NCBI GenBank assembly: GCA_965204745.1
Contig: OZ242010.1
Span: forward strand, 3,552,001 to 3,616,000
Length of the DNA: 64,000 nucleotides
Direction of reading: 5' to 3'
Origin: Candidatus Latescibacterota bacterium
Lineage (GTDB): Bacteria > Latescibacterota > UBA2968
In this document: positions 15,001 through 21,031 of the stretch, piece after piece
Numbering within the stretch: position 1 is the stretch's first letter
Layout: each line of letters starts with the position of its first letter
Made by a program: the position numbers and the translations under genes
The notes under the pieces: model-generated
Databases searched by the model: none
Told to the model about the DNA's origin: nothing
What the model saw: the letters and a program-made list of their open reading frames with translations, nothing else

Positions 15001-15510
15001 ATCCCTGTTTCTGTGAGCGACGACGGGGATGATGAGCAGAACGAGACCGTGATCGTCGAGTTGAGCAGTGCGACCAATGCGACCATAAGCACGGCGCAAG
15101 GCACAGGGACGATTATCGATGACGAAAGCCCGAGTGCCAACTTGGATGTGGATGGCGATGGCCGGGTGAGATTGTTCTCGGATATAATCCTGGTCATTCG
15201 ATATGTCCTCTTCTTCCGGAACGAGGCCCTCCTCAGAGGGAACGTCATCGAGCCAACTGCCACGCGCACGACCGCTCAAGAAATTGAACCCTACCTCGAC
15301 ACGTTGGTCAATCAGAACATTCTCGATGTGGATGGCGATGGCGATGTGAGGCTGTTCTCGGATATAATTCTGATCATTCGATATGTCCTCTTCTTCCGGA
15401 ACGAGGCCCTCGTCAGAGGGAACGTCATCGAGCAAAATGCTACGCGCACGACCGCTCAAGAAATTGAACCCTACATTCGAAGCCTCTATCCCGACTCCCA
15501 CTTCCAATGA
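1..15510 (+). CDS. Giant repetitive surface protein/adhesin (Fn3 repeats alternating with GLUG-type beta-helix modules, two Calx-beta domains, two C-terminal dockerin/EF-hand-like repeats); 5'-partial
   Basis: Frame 1 is open from base 1 (CCG TGG ACC..., i.e. PWTFG) to TGA at 15510. Fn3 motifs (W..A..ATGYKVQWKSG...TTYTVRVIA) recur. There are seven DYDxDGDGLIDI...GGLVG modules, Calx-beta-like units (TVAYADAGTGTATSGTDY...DDEPNETVIVTLS) and two LDVDGDG.VRLFSDIIL.IRY repeats. Confidence 0.9.
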   Translation, partial: PWTFGKTDQYPVLKYAGMDTTAQYNLQPPGIPTSVTVTQKADTLDVRWRAASYATGYKVQWKASDQNYAVSREETVTGTRYKIANLIGGTTYTVRVIATKTGTRDGMPSAEQTGVPVLLGSPTVMVAAKVDTLTVTWNVVNGATGYKVQWKSGSETYPAADEESATRGQATIAGGGTTIHKISGLTAGTTYTIRVIATNTSINVADSAPSEEVMVTLATTKPTNVRVTPGHLQLIVRWTEATGATGYKIQWRSGQQTYNTSDRQETVSGGSTTTYTIENLTFGTTYTVRVTATLAGGADSTPSDEVMGTPQGIDYDGDGDGLIDIETLAQLHAIRWDLNGDGVVADNDTMTYNAAFPNRDTTSNVRMGCPSGTCTGYELLNNLDFDENGDGEITSADATYWDNGAGWLPIGTAAARYTGDFKGNGYTIDNLTINRPAVVEVGLFGNADTASRIESVGVTNASVAGGEYAGALVGALRGEVVACYSTGNVSATTRTAGGLVGWTPNAITSSYSTASVSGPEHVGGLLGASQGGTVTNSYSIGTVIGTGSSPLVGGLIGSGTGGTASYWDTQTSGCTSGGSNGCTTSAGGGGVTGQTTSALQSPTDYTLIFSTWNANLDGQAGDDDPWTFGAADQYPVLKYAGMDTTVQYNLQPPGIPTSVTVTPKADTLDVRWTAASYATGYKVQWKSGDQSYAASRQGTVTGTRYKISNLISGTYTVRVIATKTGAPDGMPSAEQTSEPLLVSPTVMVAAKVDTLTVTWNAVDDATGYKVQWKSGSETYPAADEQSATRGQATIAGGGTTIHKISGLTTGTTYTIRVIATSTNSNVADSAPSEEVMGTLATTRPTNVRVTPGPVQLIVTWTEATGATGYKIQWKSGQQAYNTSSRQETVSGGSTTTYTIENLTFGTTYTVRVTATLSGGADSTPSDEVMGTPQGINYDSDGDGLIDIKTLAQLHAIRWDLNGDGVVADNDTMNYNAAFPGRDITSNGRMGCPSGTCTGYELLNNLDFDENGDDQITSADATYWDNGAGWLPIGTDAARYTGDFKGNGYTIDNLTINRPSVVEVGLFGNADTASRIESVGVTNASVAGGEYAGALVGALRGTVVACYSTGNVSATTRTAGGLVGWTPNAITSSYSTASVSGPEHVGGLLGASQGGTVTNSYSTGVVTRSSGTLTTIGGLIGSGTGGTASYWDTQTSGCTSGGSNGCTTSAGGGGVTGQTTSALQSPTGYTLIFSTWNANLDGQAGDDDPWTFGAADQYPVLKYAGMDTTVQYNLQPPGIPTSVTVTPKADTLDVRWTAASYATGYKVQWKAGAQSYAASRQGIVTGTRYKIPNLLAETTYTVRVIATKTGAPDGMPSAEQTGVPALLGSPAVVVAAKVDTLTVTWNVVNGATGYKVQWKSGAATYPTSDLALATHGQATIAGGSTTIHKISGLTAGTTYTIRVIATSTNINVADSAPSEEVMGTLATTRPTNVRVTPGPGQLIVAWTEATGATGYKVQWKSGQQAYNTSDRQATVSGGSTTTYTIENLTFGTTYTVRVTATLAGGADSTPSDEVMGTPQRINYDRDGDGLIDIKTLAQLHAIRWDLNGDGVVADNDTMNYNAAFPDRDTTSNVRMGCPSGTCTGYELLNNLDFDENGDGEITSADATYWNANAGWQPLGTYTGTLKGNNKTISNLYINRGGQNDVGLFRDITGTVSGLGLRNVDVRGNLAVGGLTGNQRGGAITGCYVTGRVRGSGSYGLGGLVGHSHTGANRRISASYSVAAVTALGSGGNFWVGGLVGWQNGGTIIASYATGAVTVTGSGTKGGLVGRLESSGEVTASYATGQVTGDGTKGGLVGSTSGTVTNSYWDSDQSGIAGGKSTSDLQSPSTYGATNSDTYYNWNLNVDSDTNTGDAVGRDDPWTFGAADQYPVLKYAGMDTAVQYNLQPPGIPTSVTVTPKADTLDVRWRAASNATGYKVQWKAGDQNYAASREETVTGTRYKIANLIAGTYTVRVIATKTGAPDSRPSAEQTGVPALLGSPTVMVAAKADTLTVTWNAVSNATGYKVQWKSGSATYPNADEESATHGQATIAGGGTTIHKISGLTAGMTYTIRVIATSTNVNIPDSDPSEEVMVTAATNKPTNVRVTPGSGQLIVRWTEATGATGYKVQWKSGGQSYNTSDRQTTVSGMSTTTYTIENLTFGTTYTVRVIATLAGGTDSTPSDEVTGTITDISYDSDGDGLIDIETLAQLHAIRWDLNGDGIVADTDTMNYNAAFPGRDITSNGRMGCPSGTCIGYELLNNLDFDTDGSGSVTSADTYPNWSPIGGTYSTTFKGNNKTISNLHINRGGQNDVGLFSRVSGNISGLGLKNVNVTGQRRVGGLVGNQVGGRILGCFVTGRVEGTHHEVGGLVGYSTGNNTVIAASYANAVVSGGHVRVAVGGLVGNLNATVIASYAIGPVSGFRRVGGLVGRLGVSPSPVSTSYATGTVTGQRHDSSHLGGLIGSAQSGVSHSYWDRESSGISSSSGGTSQTTSALRSETDYNGIYANWNVDVDGRPGNDAPWTFGAADQYPVLKYAGMDTTAQFAMQPPGIPTNVTVTPKADTLDVRWRAPSNATGYKVQWKSGAQNYDASREETVTGTRYKIANLLTGTTYTVRVIATKTGVRDGRPSAEQTGVPLLGSPTGVEVNAKVDTLTVTWNAVNGVTGYKVQWKSGSETYPAADEESATHGQATITDGGTTTYDISGLTAGTTYTIRVIATRTNVADSAPSEEVTGVPLLGSPTVMVAAKVDTLTVTWNAVSNATGYKVQWKSGAATYPTSDLALATHGQATIAGGSTTIHKISGLTTGTTYTIRVIATRTNVADSAPSDAVMVTLATTRPTNVRVTPGPAQLIVAWTEATGATGYKIQWKSGGQSYNTSDRQTTVSGMSTTTYTIENLTFGATYTVRVTATLAGGTDSTPSDEVMGTPYAINYDSDGDGLIDIKTLAQLHAIRWDLNGDGVVADNDTMNYNAAFPDRDTTSNVRMGCPSGTCTGYELLNNLDFDENGDGEITSADATYWNGSTGWQPIGTYTGTLKGNNKTISNLYINRGGQNDVGLFRDLTGTVSGLGLRNVDVRGNLAVGGLTGNQSGGAITGCYVTGRVRGSGSYGLGGLVGHSHTGANRRISASYSDADVTALGSGANFWVGGLVGWQNGGTIIASYATGAVTVTGNGTKGGLVGRLESSGEVTASYATGQVTGDGTKGGLVGSTAGTVTNSYWDSDRSGIAGGKSTSDLQSQTTYGATNSDTYYNWNLNVDSDTNTGDAVGNDDPWTFGAADQYPVLKYAGMDTTAQYNLQPPGRPTSVTVTVQMDTLDVRWRAASYATGYKVQWKSGAQNYDASREETVTGTRYKIPNLIGGTTYTVRVIATKTGAPDGRPSAEQTGVPLLGSPTGVEVNAKVDTLTVTWNAVNGATGYKVQWKSGAQTYPAADEESATHGQATITDGGTTTYKISGLTTGTTYAIRVIATRTNVADSAPSEEVITILMLGSPTGVEVSAKVDTLTVTWNAVPLATGYKVQWKSGSETYPNADVASATRGQATISGGSTTTYKISNVTAGTTYTIQVIATHTTTAGNSAPSEEVMVTSATTRPTNVRVTPGPGQLLVAWTEATGATGYKVQWKSGGQSYNTSDRQTTVSGMSTTTYTIENLTFGATYTVRVTATLAGGTDSDPSDEVTGTPYAINYDSDGDGLIDIKTLAQLHAIRWDLNGDGIVADNDTMNYNAAFPSRDITSNVRMGCPSGTCTGYELLNNLNFDENGDGEITSADATYWNANAGWQPIGTYTGTLKGNNKTISNLYINRGGQNDVGLFVDLTGTVSGLGLRNVDVRGNLGVGGLTGNQSGGAITGCYVTGRVRGSGSFGLGGLVGHSHTGANRRISASYSVAAVTALGSGGNFWVGGLVGWQNGGTIIASYATGAVTVTGSGTKGGLVGRLESSGEVTASYATGQVTGNGTKGGLVGSTSGTVTNSYWDSDRSGIAGGKSTSDLQSQTTYGATNSDTYYNWNLNVDSDTNTGDAVGKDDPWTFGAADQYPVLKYAGMDTTVQYNLQPPGIPTSVTVTPKADTLDVRWRAPSNATGYKVQWKSGDQNYDASREETVTGTRYKISNLLAETTYTVRVIATKTGVPDSWPSAEQTGVLALLGSPTVMVAAKVDTLTVTWNAVNGATGYKVQWKSGAATYPTSDLALATHGQATIAGGGTATYDISGLTAGTTYTIRVIATSTNINVADSTPSEEVMVTLATTRPTNVRVTPGPVQLIVAWTEATGATGYKIQWKSGGQSYNTSSRQETVSGGSTTTYTIENLTIGTPYTVRVTATLAGGTDSTPSDEVMGTPPGINYDSDGDGLIDIKTLAQLHAIRWDLNGDGVVADSDTMNYNAAFPNRDTTSNVRMGCPSGTCTGYELLNNLDFDENGDGEITSADATYWNANAGWQPLGTYTGTLKGNNKTISNLYINRGGQNDVGLFRDITGTVSGLGLRNVDVRGNLAVGGLTGNQRGGAITGCYVTGRVRGSGSFGLGGLVGHSHTGANRRISASYSVAAVTALGSGANFWVGGLVGWQNGGTIIASYATGAVTVTGSGTKGGLVGRLESSGEVTASYATGQVTGDGTKGGLVGSTSGTVTNSYWDSDRSGIAGGKTTRDLQSQTTYGATNSDTYYNWNLNVDSDTNTGDAVGKDDPWTFGAADQYPVLKYAGMDTTVQFQLQPAVVTLTLTPSSISESGGMSTVTATLTRSWSTATTITVRPVTGAYTVGMDSTITIAAGQTANASDTVVITAVDNTRDELNRDVTVSVVSDNTQGSVVRPIKITITDDDPQPRLSISSPSAVEGTALTFTVRLNAVSGKEVTVAYADAGTGTATSGTDYSTLTAGTLTFAAGTTSQTIAVSVSDDGDDEPNETVIVTLSSATNATISTAQGTGTIIDDDGMPALSIGSPSVIEGATSATLTFQVYLRPAHTAQVTVAYADAGTGTATSGTDYTALAAGTLTFAVGDTIQTIPVSVSDDGDDEQNETVIVELSSATNATISTAQGTGTIIDDESPSANLDVDGDGRVRLFSDIILVIRYVLFFRNEALLRGNVIEPTATRTTAQEIEPYLDTLVNQNILDVDGDGDVRLFSDIILIIRYVLFFRNEALVRGNVIEQNATRTTAQEIEPYIRSLYPDSHFQ

Positions 15511-15521
15511 AAGCCTGTTCC

Positions 15522-15611
15522 CTGACCGCCACAGATGAAGATGGCGATGAGAACACCCTGAGTTTCTTCCTCACCGTCAGCGCGAATCTGATGCTGTCCT
15601 GGGGATTTTAG
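15522..15611 (+). pseudogene. Relic of a putative Ig-like (He_PIG-type) repeat domain
   Basis: Translates as LTATDEDGDENTLSFFLTVSANLM, resembling the TLTATDxDGDxATLxFxxTV ends of putative Ig repeats. No start codon. Confidence 0.4.
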
Positions 15612-15648
15612 CCACGAGCGGGGTACAACTGGCGACAGCCAATTCAAA
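15607..15648 (-). repeat. Dispersed palindromic repeat family B (TTTGAAyTGGCTrTCGCCAGTTGTACCCCGCTCGTGGCTAAA)
   Basis: Reverse-complement copy of the element at 19667-19710 and 25678-25826. Confidence 0.8.
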
Positions 15649-15909
15649 GACGCAAAAGGTGAGCAATGTGTGCAGGGGCGATGCCCCCGTGCTCGCCCAA
15701 AGATGCAAGATGTAGCGGTCAGTAGTCAGTGGTCAGTGGTCAGTCCCCGCCCATCGCCGCCCAAAGGCGGTTCGCAGATAATGCAGAAGACGCAGATGTA
15801 GAGGCGATGCCCCGTGCTTGAAGATACAAGAAGTAAGACGCGAGACATCCGCCCATCGTCATTTTGTAATAATTGTTTAATTGTTTTCCATTAAACTGGT
15901 AATTTTTCC

Positions 15910-15938
15910 TTGACACCTGTTCTTTTGTTTAGTATTAT
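15910..15938 (+). promoter_or_regulatory. Sigma70-type promoter
   Basis: TTGACA (15910-15915), 17 nt spacer, TATTAT (15933-15938). AT-rich upstream region and AGGAGG RBS before ATG 15981. Confidence 0.75.
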
Positions 15939-15980
15939 TGCATCGAGCATTGAAACGCACTTTTCGACAGGAGGTATCCC

Positions 15981-16277
15981 ATGGCGAGCATGATGCTTCA
16001 AAACGAGCACGGAATTGAGGAAATTCAGTTGTCCGATTTGAGTCGGGATTTGCTCAAAGTTGCTGACCGCATTCAGGCCGAGATGCCGCAAGTGCCTTTT
16101 GACGCCATTCGCCCCGAAGCGATGGCGCGAGTCGAAGCCGCTGAACGGGCTGTCGATACGCTTGCCCGAGATTTGAGCCAAGGGCAGGGGGAACTCATCG
16201 AGTGGCACGGCGCGCTCACGGCTTACGAATCGGCGTGGTTCCAAGTCATTGAGTCTTTGGGTGCTCGCAACAATTAA
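15981..16277 (+). CDS. Hypothetical helical protein (98 aa)
   Basis: ORF with AGGAGG RBS directly downstream of a consensus promoter. Confidence 0.75.
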   Translation: MASMMLQNEHGIEEIQLSDLSRDLLKVADRIQAEMPQVPFDAIRPEAMARVEAAERAVDTLARDLSQGQGELIEWHGALTAYESAWFQVIESLGARNN

Positions 16278-16360
16278 ATCGCAACGCACACAGACACATC
16301 TGTCGTCGGCGAAAGGCCCGTTGTGTCGCCGATTTTTACAAAACAATTCAGCGAGGAGAG

Positions 16361-17077
16361 ATGATCATGGCCAATCCCATTGACCGCGTGTCCGAAAGGG
16401 CAAAGCAGATCGCGGAATCCGAAGGTTTTCCCATCGAGAAGATCGATGAGTTCGTGGTGTTCATCCAAAATGAGTCCTACATCACGTCCACGGGCTTGCA
16501 ATACAAAATGTTGCAAACCTACAAGGCAGGCAAATTCGCCGTGCAAGCCGTGATGCCGTCAAAAGAAGAATACGGCCTTTTGCGCCGAATGATGGGGTTG
16601 AAAGACGAAGAGCCTCTGGTGGTCATGCGCGGCGAGGTGTGGGTCGATGGCCTCGACCGGCCCTTTGTGGATTACGGCACCACCACGCCCAAAAATCTCA
16701 AGGGGTTTATCCGATTTTCCGATTATCCGCTCGAAATGGCGACCCGCCGCGCCACCAACCGGGCAATGCGCTTGGCAACCGCGACCGGGATGTGTTCCGT
16801 CGATGAGATACCGAACACCCCCCCAAACAGTTCCGTGGGAGACATGCGCGATGCATGCGCCGAGAGGGCGTCACGTAGTGATCAAGCGACTCAAGGGCAG
16901 ATCGATTTGATCAAAAATTTGGGGCGAAGCCCGTTGCTGTCCAACAAAGAGCGCGAACATTTGGAAACCCAGATCCACGGCGGGTTGGGCAAACGCCAAG
17001 CATCCAAATTGATCGACAAAATAAAAGTGAGGTTAGACACGCGGCGAAAAGCCGAAGCACAACCCATTGCCGCCTAA
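16361..17077 (+). CDS. Putative single-strand annealing protein (RecT/Rad52/Erf-like)
   Basis: GAGGAG RBS. YIT..GL motif, LEMATRRATNRAMRLA..GMCSVDE helix typical of phage-type annealases, and C-terminal ATxxQ..LI..L and ASKLID motifs. Confidence 0.55.
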   Translation: MIMANPIDRVSERAKQIAESEGFPIEKIDEFVVFIQNESYITSTGLQYKMLQTYKAGKFAVQAVMPSKEEYGLLRRMMGLKDEEPLVVMRGEVWVDGLDRPFVDYGTTTPKNLKGFIRFSDYPLEMATRRATNRAMRLATATGMCSVDEIPNTPPNSSVGDMRDACAERASRSDQATQGQIDLIKNLGRSPLLSNKEREHLETQIHGGLGKRQASKLIDKIKVRLDTRRKAEAQPIAA

Positions 17078-17159
17078 TGCAACCGAGTCTCGCGCCGGTT
17101 GTAGCGCGTTCTTTCGTCAGGGGAGAAGGGAAAGACCGAGCGCGCAACCGGCCAATCAG

Positions 17160-17197
17160 AAACGGAGATTCCTTTTGGAATCTCCGTTTGCTTTTTT
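17160..17197 (+). terminator. Rho-independent terminator
   Basis: AAACGGAGATTCC-TTTT-GGAATCTCCGTTT stem followed by GCTTTTTT. Confidence 0.85.
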
Positions 17198-17496
17198 CGA
17201 TCTTAATCCCGGAGCGGGGTATCAAAGGCGAGTAGCGTGTAGGAGCGATTCTCCCCGCCCCGACGCTTCAGCACGGGGTGATCTGACAAGTCAATGGCTT
17301 GTGTTTTCCATTGCTTTTGTGTATCATGCAGATTGAACACGGGCAACCAAAACGAGGGGGCTTGTTGTGAAATGGATGATACTCGGGCTTTTGGATATGT
17401 CCCGCTCTGAACTAAAAAACATGGAAATTGAGGTCGATACCGCAAGCGCGACCACAACGCTTGCGATTCAATTCCGATTCAATAAGGAGCAATGCA

Positions 17497-18846
17497 ATGG
17501 GTATTTTTGACGTGACGACCATGCGGGCGCATGCGCGTGAGATTTTTGATGCTGCGGTCAAAGCGGTCGATGCCGAGCAATGCGTGCGGCAATTCGTCTC
17601 GTTGGAGGGCGATCAGTTGCGCGTGGGAGATCGACAGTACGATTTGGGCACGTATCGCCGCATTTTGGTCGTGGGAACGGGCAAGGCGTCTCCGCAAATG
17701 GGCGTTGCACTCGAAGATATATTGGGCGAGCGCATTTCCGGCGGGTCCATGAATACCAAATACGACCATGCCCTGCCCCTCAAACACATCGACATCGTGG
17801 AATGCGGTCATCCCGTGCCCGACGAAGCCGGCGTCGCAGGCGTTGCGCGCATGGCGCGGTTGTTGGAAGAAGCAGACGAAAACACGCTGGTGATCTGTTT
17901 GATTTCCGGCGGTGGCTCTGCCCTCGCGCCCGCGCCTGCGGAGGGCCTGACCCTTGAGGACAAGCAAGCGACCACGAGTTTGTTGCTGGCCTGCGGCGCG
18001 AATATCGTGGAACTCAACGCGATTCGCAAACACCTGTCGCGCTTAAAAGGCGGCGGCTTGGCGCGTGCGGCATTTCCCGCCACTGTGGTTGCCCTGATGT
18101 TGTCAGACGTGATTGGCGATCCCCTGGACGTCATCGCCTCTGGCCCCACCGTGCCGGACACCGCGACTTTTCAGACGTGCATGGACATTTTAGACAAGTA
18201 CGACCTGGTCGCCCAAGTGCCCGACCGCGTGCGGTCTCGCCTCGAAGCCGGCGTCGCTGGCGAAATTGAGGACACGCCCAAGCCGGGGGATGTGGCTTTG
18301 TCTAAAGTGCAAAATCTCATCGTGGGCAGCAATGGTCTGGCCGTGGCCGCGGCAAATGACAAGGCCAACGCCTTGGGCTACCGCACGTTGGTGTTATCGA
18401 CCCGCATTGAAGGCGAGGCGCGAGAAGTCGCTTATGTGTACGCGGGCATTGCCAAAGAAATCGCCACGTCTGCACAGCCCATCGCGCCGCCGGCCTGCGT
18501 GATTGCGGGCGGCGAAACAACCGTGCTGGTGCGCGGCAAGGGCAAGGGCGGGCGCAACCAAGAAATCCCCCTGTCCGGCGCGATTCAGTTGGCCGGCTGG
18601 GACGATGTAGTGCTCTTCAGCGGCGGCACGGATGGCACGGATGGCCCAACCGATGCGGCGGGCGCAGTCGCCGACGGACGGACCCTTGCGCGAGCAGAAG
18701 CCCTGGGCCTGTCCGCTATCGCCCATCTGAAAAACAATGACGCCTACCACTTTTTTAAGCCATTGAACGACTTGATCATCACCGGCGCCACCGGCACCAA
18801 TGTCGCCGATGTCGCGCTCGTGATGGTGGGGAACGCATCGGCGTGA
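17497..18846 (+). CDS. Glycerate 2-kinase (MOFRL/TtuD/GckA family)
   Basis: GKAS, GHPVPDE, LISGGGSAL, SDVIGD..IASGPT, GGETTV, GGRNQE, TDGTDG and GTNVAD motifs. AAGGAG RBS before ATG 17497. Confidence 0.92.
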   Translation: MGIFDVTTMRAHAREIFDAAVKAVDAEQCVRQFVSLEGDQLRVGDRQYDLGTYRRILVVGTGKASPQMGVALEDILGERISGGSMNTKYDHALPLKHIDIVECGHPVPDEAGVAGVARMARLLEEADENTLVICLISGGGSALAPAPAEGLTLEDKQATTSLLLACGANIVELNAIRKHLSRLKGGGLARAAFPATVVALMLSDVIGDPLDVIASGPTVPDTATFQTCMDILDKYDLVAQVPDRVRSRLEAGVAGEIEDTPKPGDVALSKVQNLIVGSNGLAVAAANDKANALGYRTLVLSTRIEGEAREVAYVYAGIAKEIATSAQPIAPPACVIAGGETTVLVRGKGKGGRNQEIPLSGAIQLAGWDDVVLFSGGTDGTDGPTDAAGAVADGRTLARAEALGLSAIAHLKNNDAYHFFKPLNDLIITGATGTNVADVALVMVGNASA

Positions 18847-18868
18847 TCTCTTTTGAGGAACTACTTCC

Positions 18869-19642
18869 ATGTCCAAAATTACCGAACCCATTCTCAACGA
18901 AGTCGAGGTCGATTATTTTCGGCGTCATGGGTATATCGTCCGCACGGACTTGCTCGGGGAGGGCGAGTGCGAGGAATTTCTCGCGCTGTTTGACCGCGAC
19001 CGGGATCGGTGCGCGTTTCGCTGGCACCCTTATGGCCATCACCAGCGGGCGAATTACGACGCGTTGGTCACCACGCCCGAATTTGACCGCGTCATTCGGC
19101 ATCCCAAAATCCTCGCGGCTGTCGAACAAGTGATGGGGGGCGCGGTGTGCTTTGGCGAAATCGGCGCGCGCTACATGCCGCCTTATCAGGGGGACTTGCA
19201 CCGCAGTTGGCACCGCGACCGCCCCCACTGGGTCGAGCATCCCTTTCGCATGGACTACATCCAACTCATGCTCTACCTCACCGACGTGGGCGCAAACACG
19301 CATTGCTTTTCCCTGTCGCCCGAGTCCATCTACGAACCCGTGCTCGCCGACAATGACGCGCAACTCAACCGCGGGGGCATCACCGATATCCACGGACCAG
19401 CGGGCACGGTTTGCCTGTTCAACGTGGCACTGCTACACACGGCCACCACGCGGCCCACAACGCACGACCGCAAAACCCTGCAAATTTACTACGGGCACCG
19501 CGACCACAAATACCTGGCCAATGACTCGGTCATCCCGCCGATCTTTTGGCGCGACCACAAAGCCCCGGAAGTGCGCGCGTTTTACGGCAATCTCAACGAA
19601 GTCTCCAACATCTACAACAGAGCTTATGGCATCGCGCCATGA
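18869..19642 (+). CDS. Phytanoyl-CoA dioxygenase (PhyH) family Fe(II)/2OG oxygenase
   Basis: F.RHGY start, WHRD (HxD), YLTDV and distal LLH motif. Confidence 0.85.
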   Translation: MSKITEPILNEVEVDYFRRHGYIVRTDLLGEGECEEFLALFDRDRDRCAFRWHPYGHHQRANYDALVTTPEFDRVIRHPKILAAVEQVMGGAVCFGEIGARYMPPYQGDLHRSWHRDRPHWVEHPFRMDYIQLMLYLTDVGANTHCFSLSPESIYEPVLADNDAQLNRGGITDIHGPAGTVCLFNVALLHTATTRPTTHDRKTLQIYYGHRDHKYLANDSVIPPIFWRDHKAPEVRAFYGNLNEVSNIYNRAYGIAP

Positions 19643-19666
19643 CCTTGCCCCTACACACTGCTCGCC

Positions 19667-19710
19667 TTTGAACTAGCTGTCGCCAGTTGTACCCCGCTCG
19701 TGGCTAAACT
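19667..19710 (+). repeat. Dispersed palindromic repeat family B
   Basis: TTTGAACTAGCTGTCGCCAGTTGTACCCCGCTCGTGGCTAAACT; near-identical to the copies at 25678-25826. Confidence 0.8.
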
Positions 19711-19780
19711 CCCATCTCGTAATCGCGCTATTGTTTGTCAAGTGGTAAAATGACGATGGGATCGGTACCGACAGAGATAA

Positions 19781-19806
19781 GGACAGGCACAGGGGCCTGT
19801 CCCTAC
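19781..19806 (-). repeat. GTAG-type REP-like palindrome
   Basis: GGACAGGCACAGGGGCCTGTCCCTAC. Related copies lie near 15672, 15798, 23921, 24687, 25635, 28383, 45000, 51747 and 61585. Confidence 0.7.
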
Positions 19807-19828
19807 GACGGGGATTGGGCGGGGCGGA

Positions 19829-19870
19829 CTGACAACTGACAACTGACAACTGACAACTGACAACTGACAA
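19829..19870. repeat. Heptamer tandem repeat (CTGACAA)x6
   Basis: Six perfect copies between convergent genes. Confidence 0.95.
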
Positions 19871-19929
19871 CTTGAGAGGGATAGCGCGGTGACCGTCTCC
19901 CCTCTCCCTATCGTTGGGTTGCGAAGGGA

Positions 19930-21003
19930 TTAAAACCGGTAAAACGCCTTTGCGTTTTCGTACAGGATTTTGCCCAGCAGCGAATCCGATAGGCCCTTGG
20001 GCAGTGCGTCTGTGGGCGCGTCAAAGTGCCAGTGGGGATAGTCGGTCGAAAACATCAGCATCTCGTCCGAGTCCAGATGCCCCAGGACTTGCAACAAGTA
20101 ATCGGATTCGGACGGCGCATCTATCGGTTGCAGGGTCATCCGAATGTGTTCGCGGATGTAGTCCGATGGCGGTCGCTTGACCCACGGAATGTCGCGGCGC
20201 AAGCCCTTCCACTCCTTGTCCAATCGCCACATCCACGCGGGCATCCACGTCCAGCCGCCCTCGATGAGCACCACGCGCAACTCGGGAAACCGATCAAACG
20301 CGCCTTCCACGACCAAGCTCATCACCTGCGACTGAAACACCTGCGCCATATCGGCCATTTCCTCGACATAAGTCGAAGGCCATCCCACCGGCGTGGGCGG
20401 CAACCCCGACGCGCCCCCGTAGTGAATCCCAATCGCCAAATCGCGTTTGACTGCCGCGTCGAACATCGGGTCGTACACGCGCTTGCCATAAGGTTCGTAC
20501 GACCTAACCGGGAGGATGATCTGCACAAAACCCGGATGATCGCCGAACCGCTCGATCTCGCGCGCGGCGAGCACCGGGTTTTGACTCGGCAGGACCAGGG
20601 ATGCGCGCAACCGGTCGTCCTCGTCGAGCCACGAGTCGATTTGCCATTGGTTGATCGCGGTTGCGAGAGACGCGGCCAAGTCCTCGTTGTGTACGCTTTG
20701 CACGCGGTACGCACACGTCAAAATCCCGACCTCGACATCCCACGCATCCAATGTCTGTGCCTTGAGCAATTCAAAATCCGACCCAGACGGCCCGCCTTTC
20801 GGCTTTGTGCCTTCCCGTGCAGACGTGGGCGCGCGCGGCGGATAATCGCTCGCGTTGGGCCCTACAAATGCCGATTCATCGATGTAAGCGACCCAGTGGT
20901 CTTCCAAATACGGAATCAGGGTTTCCAAACCGGGCAACTCGTTGTGAATATCACAATCGATGATCGGATGGTAAAATGGATTATTCGCTCTGCCCTGCGC
21001 CAT
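19930..21003 (-). CDS. Amidohydrolase 2 family protein
   Basis: IIDCDIH, IGIH, FDRFPELRVVLIEGG and MFSTDYPHW motifs. Confidence 0.9.
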   Translation of the reverse strand: MAQGRANNPFYHPIIDCDIHNELPGLETLIPYLEDHWVAYIDESAFVGPNASDYPPRAPTSAREGTKPKGGPSGSDFELLKAQTLDAWDVEVGILTCAYRVQSVHNEDLAASLATAINQWQIDSWLDEDDRLRASLVLPSQNPVLAAREIERFGDHPGFVQIILPVRSYEPYGKRVYDPMFDAAVKRDLAIGIHYGGASGLPPTPVGWPSTYVEEMADMAQVFQSQVMSLVVEGAFDRFPELRVVLIEGGWTWMPAWMWRLDKEWKGLRRDIPWVKRPPSDYIREHIRMTLQPIDAPSESDYLLQVLGHLDSDEMLMFSTDYPHWHFDAPTDALPKGLSDSLLGKILYENAKAFYRF

Positions 21004-21031
21004 GTCAATCCGTCCAAAAAATATTGTGCAG

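Noticed and set aside
15981-17077. Prophage remnant
   Set aside because: No integrase, structural or replication genes are adjacent, and the unit has its own promoter and terminator.
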